Shown here: positions 11,538-23,107 of the stretch, one piece after another
Layout: every line of letters starts with the position of its first letter
Position numbering within the stretch: position 1 is the first letter of the stretch
NCBI RefSeq assembly: GCF_022045235.1
Contig: NW_027266267.1
Location: 32,426,001-32,490,000 of the forward strand
DNA length: 64,000 bases
Origin: Haliotis cracherodii
Lineage: Eukaryota
Direction of reading: 5' to 3'
The notes under the pieces: model-generated
Told to the model about the DNA's origin: nothing
The model's database searches: none
What the model saw: only the letters and a program-made list of their open reading frames with translations
Program-made: the position numbers and the translations under genes

Positions 11538-14500
11538 TGGTGCAGCTGCTGCTTGAAACAACAGCTGTAATATTCATTAATCATTTGTTGACGTTAAGGT
11601 TTGTGATAGGGTCTATAGGATTTCAAATTGCATTCTCCACTCCCTGGGATTATTCCTGTGAGATGATGTCTTTTCATTATTTTCAGATGTGATTAAAAAT
11701 ATGATGAAACAACATTCAGAAAGATAGTTGCTCAATTAAAAAATAACTTCCATCTTTCAGCCTGACCCCACTTAAACCACAACTGCTACCTTCCCGCCCC
11801 CTGTAGATTCCCTGCCCCCCATACTCCCCCCCGCACCCACCACTACCACTCCCCTCTAACTGCTACCAATGTCCTACTTATCAAAACATTTCAAGTTTTG
11901 CAGATATGAATCGGCCGATAAAAAGACCAATTCTACATTATTTATTTAAACACAGGTGAACTCAAAAATGCGAGACAGGAAAACAGGATCTTTGAAGTCC
12001 TTTCAAAACATTCAGAAAGGGTTTACATATGAATTTATGGTTTATAAGTGGAGCTTTGAGGCTTGGATATGTCCGGAGTCACTATTGGGGTGTTTTTAAG
12101 TGTTTTTCAAGTGGGTAAAAAATTGAGAGTGTATTTGTACTTTCTCCGTTTACAGATACGATGACCGTTGTTTATGAGAAAGGGGAGCTTTAAAGCTTTC
12201 AATGAAAACACTTCAATATTAAGAATGATAGCTCTTCACTGAATCGTGTCCGTTGTCAGGAGTAGATGTGTTAAGTCATAAAGAAGTATTAGGAAGCAGT
12301 CAGTTGTTGGGAAAATAGTTTAAATATGCATACTGGTGGTATTGTTGTGTATGATATTTGAGGATATTTAGAAGGATCTTGCTCATCGGGATCAAATTGT
12401 TGAGACAAGTTTTAAAAAAAAATGGAAAAGTTTGAAGATTGATGTTCTGTCTCCTTTGATGATTTCTATGTTGTTTTTTATTCTTATGTATGTTATCGAA
12501 AAACAAATTTAGGAGTTAAAAGGACTGATATTAATAGGGTTGATATATGTGTAAAAGGTATCATTTTCTATATCTCTTTTTTTGTGTGTCCATCATGTTC
12601 CCATAACTTGCTGGAAAAAATATTGTTTAAAATATAGTTCAGATTAATTGATTTATTTGGCCTATGTCATTGTTTCGCATATATGGAGATGCTGATATTT
12701 TTATAAAGCCATCATAGTTTAGTTAATTTAGCAGTGAACACCCCTATCCTACGGGGTGATGTCACTGTTTTGTGTGTACCGGTACACGTACATGTATCAT
12801 AATGTCAAGCAAGGAATGTATTGTCTTAAACCATAACAAATCTGCTGTGCAGCTCGACTGGTTCCTGACTGTATTTGCATTGTGTAACCTTTACAGTATT
12901 TGATTCATTTTTTATGTTCTGGTGAATCTAATGTTATCCGACAGCCGTGCTGAGATCACAGATTGCATTATAATGAATAAATAGAATTCCAATGAGGTGA
13001 CAAGAGCAAACTTATCTCATGAAGGTATCATGGTTTGTTCTGCCTCTAACACCCAAACAGACCTGTGCCTGTTAAAGCTTTCCTGGAAGCAGTCTAGAAG
13101 ACATAGCCAGGATATTCTTAGAGAGGGTTGTCCATTTCAATGTATTTTAGTCTATATCTCCAAAGGGGTTGTGCATTTCAGCATGTCATTTAGATAACAT
13201 GGGATATTCAAGACAGTTTGGGCAAATTTATCGTCCACTGTATCTTATTGAGGATCAACATTTTAGCTTTGGGGCAGACCTGTCTAGGGCAAATAAATTA
13301 TTTATGGAACATGTCTGGATAATTACATCCACCATTGTCCATTTCGCCTTGGAGAGTTTGTATTTTCCAGATCATGATGTGTATAGCACATGCATGAATC
13401 TTGTCCTCATTCAGGAACACTGCTACCAACACGGTTATGCTTTTACCGATGTCAACATGAAAACCTGCACACACAGTAGAGCCTGAACACTGTGATGGCA
13501 TCCTGCTTACCTGTCGACAGGTAAGATAGAATCTGTGATTGCTGTAGACAGGTGAGATAACGAGGACATTCCCGTCAGTCTCACCTGAGATGATGAAATG
13601 TAGATAGCATCGGGAGTTATCTTTATGATAGGAAATTGCCCATTGTGGACCAGCTTTATACGCCGCAGTCCTCTATTTACATATTCACAGGACATGTTAA
13701 CGGGTATTCACAAGACTGCATTTTTTCAACCATGGACATTGTTTGGCTTTGAATGCATCTTTTTAGGAAGGGAAGGAGAAGTCATCTGTGCAAAGGTTAT
13801 TTTGGTCACGTATTATCAGGGTTGGATAACATCATGCTCTCAGAGAACATTATCAGAATGGATATATGATATTTTATATTGGTCTATGTTCAAAGAATGT
13901 ATGTCCATATCTTCAAAGTAATTACAAGACATGAAAGCTCCCTGTCTGGGGACGGATGTCGGGAGAATACCCAATAATAGATGGTCTGTTGTGGTGGCAG
14001 TAGAACCAACAGAGCATGATTTCATTGGCTGTCATTGTATACGAGGCGTGTGCAATCAGATGCAGCTGGTTGGAGGCTATTTCATGCATAATGTGTAGAT
14101 TGAATGTTATTAATTTGGAGAATGGGAACTGATGTCTAGATCTGAGAAAAACACAATATTGGATGTTAATTTGGACTGAAAAAATTATTAACATAAATAT
14201 TACACAGAGGGTGTAGGAAGTTCCATCGTTTATACAAAGACCTTTAGTCTTGTGGGATTTCACAGCAGATTTCCAGAACCATGTATGTTTTTGAAGATTC
14301 AGGAAAGATATTGCAAATATAAACATTGCTGGAGTTTCGGCAGTCATTTCAAACATATAAAGTTTCCAATGGGAAAAAGAGCTGGTTTCGATCATGTGGA
14401 AATGAAAAGTCCTTTGTCCTACAAATGCTTGACAGTATTAATGCTTGACACTGCTGAATAGGTGAAAAAGGTTGTGAAAATAAGTGCCAATGAAGGTCCT

Positions 14501-17441
14501 TAAACCAACAAACAGGGTTTTTATCTTCATTCACTGATGTAGGAGATCAGGAGAAGTTACACCCTAATGAAGTGAGGAAGGTGTCTCAGGCCATTTTGGT
14601 TTGTCTGCGGCTATTGAAGCGCAGAATCCTATTTGGATATTTGAAGAATTTGTTTGTGGATGTGTCTGTAGATTTTGTCTTGTATTAGATCCTGGATGTG
14701 GGGACAGACTATACTGGACATATATAAATATATATCGGGTCTGGGACGCAGTCAAACCCTTCTTACTGTTCACACAGGATCATTGTTATAGCCAGGGTTG
14801 ACTCACTCGTCTCAATGTGTTTTGTTCGTTTCCAAAACATCCGTAAAAAATATTTAGAAAATAATGTCTTTATCCTAACTGTTGTATGTTTTGTTGTAGA
14901 TTTTTCATGTCTGAATTTCAAATCTGGCGTAGGCTACGCCATGAAAAAAAGCTGTAGTCAAATTATTTTAAGATTTTTAGAAAAATACAAGTTTTGCTTT
15001 CAATTGTTATGATTTTGGATTTATTTTAAATAGTTGTTTTCATAATATTAAATGTAATTGCATATGACTGCTTGTGTTTATTTTGACAATTTTATACCAT
15101 ATTTATAATTCAAATAACATCTGTTGACTAGGTTCATTTGGTAATGCATCTATGATTTTAAGTAAACACTTTCTACAGAAGCAAGAAAAACATTACTTGT
15201 GTAAGATTTAAGCTATTCTTTGAAATTTAGCTACAGTACTAATATATTTATTCTGGCATAGAATTTTCAAGTACATATTTATGTGAGAATAATGTATTTG
15301 AAGAGTGATCGTTGCTTTTAAACTCCATTGGTTTTTGTTCAGAGTTATGAATATCTATTCAGGACAATATAAAGCATTCTGTATCGCTTCAAATAATCAT
15401 TTTAAACTCAGTGAATTTTAAAAGCAGTTTGGACAGCTGAATCCCGGTGTTGTGTGGTGAGGGGAGAAAGGAGCTCTCTATAGTGACTGTTTACTGAGGA
15501 GAATTAGCAACTTTCTGCCATGTTGTCGTATGAATAGAACCCCCAATCTCAACACCATCATGACAGTTGTAATTTGGTGGGAGTAGATCAGCCTTTTGAG
15601 GAGGCAATATTTGTGTCGCCTGTCAATGAAAGGTATGTGTGGGTAACGATGTTTTCCAGGTGAATTCCGGCACCTGCGTGTGGCTGTGTCGCCTCATGGG
15701 CTTGTCGGGTGCAAGACGAGCAGCGATAGGTGTGGACGTCATTAGTCATATATCAGATAGCCACCACTACCCAGGTGGAACGAAAACTGATGCCTCTCTT
15801 GCACCTGAATAATTTTCATGACCTTTTGGATATCATGTAAAGGTTACAGGTCAAGGTAAAAAATAAATGTTTAGATTTTCACAAGAAAGTGGAATAAAAA
15901 AGTGATTTTCTCCAAGAAACTACTTCTTGAATTATTTGCACAGTAGTTAGAAATTTTTAATGAATTTGTGGTGTGTTAGTTCAATTTATTCAAAGTTGTT
16001 AATTTAATTTTACAACTATTTTGGGAATCTATTTTTTAATTGAAGTGCTCAAATATGTTTTGCTGCCAATTCTTGAATTTGTCTTTGTGTATAAAGGTTG
16101 CATTTGCTATTTAGTGATATCAGTTTAATTTTCATGACTGCATCAGTAATTTCTTATCCAACTGATTTTTGAGGAAGAAGTTTATATTTGAAAGGATATT
16201 TTGGCATTTATTCTCATGTAACAATTTCAATTTGATAATTCAATTATAACAGATAACAAACAAATATTAAATATATCATTTGAGTATTAGATCAAGTTTT
16301 CAGTTACTCTCGAGATATTTTCCAATATGGCTACTCTGACGGTCAGTTCGTGTGACAGTAGGCAGGTCAATTAATCGGACATTGATGGTATGACAGACAT
16401 GAATGCTGGTAGTTTATGGGCAATATGCGACCCAATCAACAATAATGATACAAACACGAGGTCGCTGTGATTGTCTGGTTTTGTTGAACGAGACAAGTCA
16501 CCAATATTATGTCGATGAAAATCAATTTGATAGTAAAATTTTGATTTATTTTACCTATTTAGAAAGGCAGCAAATAGATGTTGGACATGTTTGTGTGTAC
16601 AGTGATACGGACCAGTCGGTCGGTACTGAAATTGACTTGTATAGCCTCTATTATGCTGCGTCGGTGATAGCGGGGAAATATGTGGAGGTGTCTAAAAGAG
16701 GCTATTGGAAAGTCCTGAGCGGAAGTAATGTGTGATTTTTCAGACAAGGGAAGATAAAGTATGGCGAAGGTTGGCTTAATATAAAGCCTGCAGCATTTAT
16801 ACAGTTTATTATTTGCTCCATGTCGACACAATACTGTTAGGAGTTGATATCGAGCTTCACTGCTATGTACAGAAAACATCTATTGGACAGTGATCTGGCA
16901 TTTATGACGTCCATTTCAAGACGTTAATGGTTGTCATTCAAACAGATTTGTGTAAGTCTTCAAGCGATATACATATAGTTAGGATTCTTGCTGATAGAAT
17001 ACTGTGTAGAAAATGGGGTTTGGGTGACATTGAAAGGAAGACCATACTGATCTATAGTGTTGAGATATTCGAATGAAGCCAATTGGGTATAAATGGTTTC
17101 ATATTTCTATGACACATGCTAAGACCTCTATTATGCCCTAATTTCAAAGGAATGTATTTGCCTTTGTCATATTGGTCAGGTGGTTCATTGATAAGATATT
17201 GTTTAGTCTTGTAATTTCATGTTTATTAAGCAATTCAGACTAAACAAAATTTATGAGATAAAGAACAATCACACTTTTTTTTCATTAGGAAATAAAATTG
17301 AAGGGGACTGAGGTCAATTTGTCAGTAATGTGTTGTGATAAAAAGGGGAAAATATATAATAAAATGGATCTTTATTTGGAAAACTTGTAAAAAAATAGGA
17401 TAGCCTTAACACAAGCAATAACACTGCCCAGCGTCCCATCC

Positions 17442-17479
17442 CACTCACTCACTCACTCACTCACTCACTCACTCACTCA
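17442..17479. repeat. (ACTC)n microsatellite
   Basis: Direct reading. Confidence 0.95.
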
Positions 17480-18961
17480 GTGTCTACTCTTCATGGCAAG
17501 GGCTCTCTACAGATCAAAGAAAAGTTTAATTCTAAATTTTGTCAAGGCCTCTGACGTTGTAACTAGTAATTAACTTTGTCAATATTTGACAGGAGTTTTG
17601 TACAGCACAACATCACTGTCTGTGTCTCGGATAACCATCTATGTTTCAAGAATCTTTTCAAGCTTAGACTCATACACAAAAAAAATCTACTTCAATTGCA
17701 TGTTATGAAAATCCATTTTCCACCCCAGCTTGTGGAAAGAGCAAATATGAAAGCTTACCGAAGCGCGAATCTCACAGCACCCAACCTTCCCTACTTGCAG
17801 TACAAACGAGGAGAGATGGGCCGGCACTGACATACACGCATCATAATTGAAAATATTGATAAAATAATGCCCATCGTTCATTTGTGTTTATCTATAAACC
17901 AACAGTAGTTGATTCTGGAGAGATCTTGTATGGGACTCCAGGAGAAAGTTTTGTCAGTAGGAGTCGACAGCTCATGTAATGATCATCATTACGCGTGTAG
18001 TGAAAATTGTTGACCGATTTTATTGTTGGCGATGGGAAGGTTTGTTTAGCCCGACCGCCATAGACAATAGATAGTTGATTTCCTGCTATCACTGCCCGTG
18101 TACATGTAGTGGAACAATCAGTGTGTGGCGTTGTTTCAAGGGCCTTCTGCCTGGCCACGCAGGGCTGGCTCCATGGTGGCTCCGCCGCGGCTCCATGGCT
18201 CCTCCACCAGGCAGGGTGCACAGCACAAATGGTTAGCTGTGATCTCGACTCTCATTATACAAATCAATTCTATTTTGTTCGATAGTTTACATCTCGATGC
18301 GAGATGGCGAGAGGGCTGGTGCATTGTGGGAGATGCGCAACTGGGTGTCACTGGACAGAAATCTCACAGACGAGACAAAAGCAATGTTTGCCGCTGATTG
18401 CCGCAAAGTTTGAAATTGACAGGTCCTGTTGTCAGTGGTAATGAATGAAGACGAAGAAGTGCTCTTTGCCAAAATTGGTCAATATATGACTCATATAGCG
18501 TACTTCTTCGTCTGAATGCAATATGCTAAAACGAGTGGTGTACGTTGCATTGAGACAATCGGGGATTCTCTGAGTGTAGCACTGTGAGGAGGTCATAGAG
18601 TAGAATGGAAATAAGGTGTCGTATCTGAGAGGAAATGTCATATTTTAAACATTTTGAGAAATGTTTTGGCAGTAGGGTGAAGATCTACTTGCTCCAAGAG
18701 AGGTCCCATTGTTGAAATACGTTTAGTTTATTGGGATCACTATGAAATGGTTTGGTTTTACATAGTAAACCATGCAGGAATTTATCCTAATTACGTGCCC
18801 TTGGCATAAATCGGGAAAATCAGTTTTGTTCAAAATTGGAAGTATTTGGGAAGTTCTTATTTTCCTAAATTCAGAGGTATTTGAATTTGAATTTAAAAAT
18901 TGCATTCAATGACATAATGTTAAACTAAGCATTAAAGCCTTGGCCTTTATATTGGTCCTCT

Positions 18962-18967
<6 letters not shown>

Positions 18968-18999
<32 letters not shown>

Positions 19000-19222
19000 T
19001 CCAGCTATAAGACATGTGTTTGAAAAGAGTCGAGTCTGGACCAGACAATCTAGTGATTGACATCATGAGCAATGACCCACACAATTAGGATATGATGACA
19101 TGCATCAACCAAGTCAGCAAGCCTTACCACCAAATCCTGTTAGAACTTCACAAGCATATTTATTTCTTGGGACAAGGATGGGTTGCTGAAGATCTACTCT
19201 AACCCGGATCTTCACAGGTCCC
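18968..19222 (-). mobile_element. Family A retroposon with a 27-nt poly(A) at its 3' end (poly-T on +)
   Basis: The minus strand begins gggacctgtgaagatccgggttagagtagatcttcagcaaccc. The body is homologous to other copies and ends at gctggaatatt followed by A27. Confidence 0.9.
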
Positions 19223-19386
19223 TGTTGTCAGTGAAATAAAAAGTCGCCTCCACAAAGCCATAACATTAGTTGTAACTATAACAGCATGAATGTTGAATTC
19301 CAATTTGGGAATGGTGGCTAACATTTGCTGCAGTAGGTAAATCCCTGCAATGTGATAGGATTGCTACATTTGTGATCCAAGTATGA

Positions 19387-19641
19387 GTTGCTAGGCAATG
19401 CTGTTGGCTAATGTTGCTAGGTAATGCTGTTGGCTAATGTTGCTAGGTAATGCTGTTGGTTAATGTTGGAAGGTAATGCTGTTGGCTAATGTCGGAAGGT
19501 AATGCTGTTGGCTAATGTTGGAAGGTTATGTTGGCTAATGTTGGAAGTAATGCTGTTGGCTAATGTTGGAAGGTTATGTTTGCTAATGTTGGAAGGTAAT
19601 GCTGTTGGCTAATGTTGGAAGGTAATGTTGGCTAATGTTGC
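19387..19641. repeat. 26-bp minisatellite (~10 copies, with shorter variants)
   Basis: Unit gttgctaggtaatgctgttggctaat, drifting to gttggaaggtaatgctgttggctaat. Confidence 0.93.
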
Positions 19642-19645
19642 TACG

Positions 19646-20158
19646 CAGAACTAGCCAGGAATTGTGTTAGATCCACAGAACATGCCAGGAATTGTGTTAG
19701 ACCCACAGAACTAGCCAGGAATTGTGTTAGACCCACAGAACTAGCCAGGAATTGTGTTAGACCCACAGAACATGCCAGGAATTGTGTTAGACCCACAGAA
19801 CTAGCCAGGAATTGTGTTAGACCCACAGAACTAGCCAGGAATTGTGTTAGACCCACAGAACATGCCAGGAATTGTGTTAGACCCAGAGAACTAGCCAGGA
19901 ATTGTGTTAGACCCACAGAACTAGCCAGGAATTGTGTTAGACCCACAGAACTAGCCAGGAATAGTGTTAGATCCACAGAACATGCCTTGAATTGTGTTAG
20001 ACCCACATAACTAGCCAGGAATAGTGTTAGATCCACAGTACTAGCCAGGAATTGTGTTAGATCCACAGAACTAGCCAGGAATATTGTTAGATCCACAGTA
20101 CTAGCCAGGAATAGTGTTAGATCCACAGTACTAGCCAGGAATTGTGTTAGACCCACAA
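19646..20158. repeat. 30-bp minisatellite, ~17 copies
   Basis: Unit cagaactagccaggaattgtgttagaccca. Confidence 0.96.
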
Positions 20159-21143
20159 TAGTGGTAGTCACATTGTAATTGTGAAAATAACAGGAACCAT
20201 TTACTTGATAATAACATGTCTGAAGAACAGACACCATGTTTTTTGCACTGTTAGTTAATTGAACCAAAAAAACATACTTTGTCAAACAAACAGTGCAGGC
20301 ACCTAAAGTGTGACACACACGATTGGTATGTTACCTGGCACAATGCCGAACGACATGTCCAAATTTAATAATGTCATGTTTTTAATCTCTTAAACCAAGA
20401 GGGGGATATTGACGAGAAAAAAGTTCAAATATTATCAATATGTGCAAAGGATGTGTCCTTTTCTCCCAGGGCGCCTGGTCTAATGATAAAATAACAGCGT
20501 GTTAGCCCTGAAAACAATGGGGACTAGATGGCAGTCAATGCTTCTGTTTGGTCTTATCCACTCTCTGTGTTGGGCAAAAATTAATAATTCATAAACTCCA
20601 CTATTGTCAGGCAGGAAAGAATTACTGTTCATACCCTGCTCAAATTAATTGAAATGTCTTCTTGCTGAATCTGTTTTATTCGGAGGACAATTAATGAAAT
20701 TTGATTTAGCCTGCTTGTGGTAGCCAAGATTTCACCAACACTGTGACTGTTATTTGCTGTTGAGAAGGTCCTAAGGGAGTGTACTCCATTGTTTTCACAC
20801 GGAATGAGCTCAATTTCCCCGTTTGGGTTTGAAAATCGATCCTCCAGATTATTTTGGAATTGCTGCATAACTGAACTTTGAATGTGTTGGTGATATAACC
20901 AAGGCTTTTTGTAGGAATCTGATAGTTTTTTTCTAAATTGGTTATCACTTAATAATGTATTTGTATAGCCATTTCAGTTGTAAATGAAGGTAAAAGCATG
21001 TAGCATGGCAGAGAGCCGTGCCCTGTGCTCTTATAGCCTGTCCATTATCATGTTAAAGATTTCACATGTGGCCTTGAGTGCAGAGCTTGTTTGATTTCAG
21101 AAGTGATGTAACTGGAGTTGCTATGGCAGCCATCTAGTGCAGA

Positions 21144-21340
21144 TGTTTGTTGTTTTATGCCACACTCAGCAATATTCCAGCTGTATGACTGCAGAATGTA
21201 AATAATAAAATCTGGATCAGACAATCCAGTGATCGATATTGTGAGCAACAGTCCACATCATCGGGGTACAAGGACATACTATGAGTGTGCCAGACCACCC
21301 CATCTACCTACAACAAACATATACACTGCAGAAGATCCAT
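21144..21340 (-). mobile_element. Family A retroposon, degraded
   Basis: ttgttgttttatgccacactcagcaatattccagctg...tctggatcagacaatccagtgatc matches the tail and body of other copies. Confidence 0.8.
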
Positions 21341-21515
21341 GAGGGTGATTTAATTAAGAATATATATGATGGATCATTGTTGGTACTGCCTACAGTGGAT
21401 GATGGTCATTAGTAGGTTACGATGTAAGCATGTGTTTGTTCCAAATTTAGGTCCGCCCCGGAAAAAATATCAAGATTAAATACTTAAAATTACATTGAAA
21501 ATGTTCCGTCGCTGT

Positions 21516-22002
21516 AGTGAAAAGTTCCAGTTGACAGGAACAAATGTTTGGGCGTATGAGTAATGTTCCTGCATATTGTTAATGTGAGTGTGTGAAAGTT
21601 CCTTTTTGATTGGAACAAATGTTTGGGCGTATGAGTAATGTTCCTGCATATTGTTAATGGGTTGTGTGTGAAAGTTTCTGTTTGATTGGAACAAATGTTT
21701 GGGCATATGAGTAATGTTCCTGCAAATTTATGATATGTTGTGTGTGAAAGTTCCTGTTTGACTGGAACAAATGTTTGGGCATATGAGTAATGTTCCTGCA
21801 TATTGTTAATGTGTTGTGTGTGAAAGTTCCTGTTTGATTGGAACAAATGTTTGGGCGTATGAGCAATGTTCCTGTATATTGTTAATGTGTTGTGTGTGAA
21901 AGTTCCTGTTTGATTGGAACAAATGTTTGGGCGTATGAGCAATATTCCTGTATATTGTTCATATGTTGTGTGTGAAAGTTCCTGTTTGACTGGAACAAAG
22001 TT
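21516..22002. repeat. 76-bp minisatellite, ~6.5 copies
   Basis: Unit gtgtgaaagttcctgtttgattggaacaaatgtttgggcgtatgagtaatgttcctgcatattgttaatgtgttgt. Confidence 0.95.
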
Positions 22003-22403
22003 CAGTGTGATTGGAACCCAAACTTGACATGATATGTATACACCTCCAAAGGAACAATTGTTGGTAGTAAAAGTTCCACCAGAACTTATATACGCAGGGG
22101 ACCAATTCTTGTTTACAAGGATACTGTGAGAGACTGCCTTCATTTAAAAGGGTCACTTGGCTTACTCAGGCAAGCTGGCAGCTGCAGCAAACTGAGTTCC
22201 CAAACTATGATGTATGTCTGCTGCCTCAGTTTGTAAGCATATTAATATAGCAGTTAATGAATACCTGTAGTAATATGAAAAGATAAAATCTCCGTTTCAC
22301 CCATAGCACTCACTGCAACATCTAGACCTGTACTGAAAATGGCCAACAGACCTTGGAGAGTCCTTGAAAGTCACCAACAAGCTAATCATGCTACCAAATA
22401 CTG

Positions 22404-22523
22404 ATTGATGCTTATGATGTCAATCACTGGATTGTCTGGCCAGGCTCGATTATTTATTGACCGCTGTCATATAAATGGAATATTGCTGAGTGTGATGTTA
22501 AACAACAAACAAACAAACAAACC
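22404..22523 (+). mobile_element. Family A retroposon, 5'-truncated (3' half and (AAAC)n tail)
   Basis: atcactggattgtctggccaggctcgattattt...ggaatattgctgagtgtgatgttaaacaacaaacaaac. Confidence 0.85.
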
Positions 22524-23107
22524 AAATACTGAAAACACTGGCCTGTTTTCTTGAACACCTGGTGCAATCTTTTTACTTTCTCAGTGATATGATAGTGTAG
22601 ACTCTTCATGGAATTTGTCTCATTTCTTGTGATAAAAATACAAAATATCTGCTGAACCTGTACAAAGAACAAGGGTTAGATTGGCATTTCCTTATAATCA
22701 ATTGTTAAATGTGGATGATGATTTCAGCCTTCAAATTATTAAGTTTCTGTCCCCATCAGTGGCCAGTGTTGAGTCTGGACATAGAAGGTACGCCTATAGC
22801 CATGATGGCCAAACCAGAGATGGTAGGTGCTGACGGCAGCCATGGGAACCAGACCATGCTGATAGTCTGATGGATGTGATGATGTTTGCTATGACGAATT
22901 TAGAACATTTACACCAAATATGATTAATAATGATTAGGTTTTGATGAGAGAAGCTGATAGAACTAAGGTGCTCTGTCTGTGACCTTTGACCTAGGATGTA
23001 TGCCCATCTGCCAAGGAATATATGAATGTTGGATCATGTTTCCTCCGAGGAGAAGGTGGTGAACTGTGTTGAAAGAAACAAATTATGTCCATATCTAAAC
23101 CTGCAAT

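Noticed and set aside
19641-20318. 225-aa ORF with a 10-aa repeat
   Set aside because: It is the 30-bp minisatellite. The non-repetitive part has no recognisable domain or start context.
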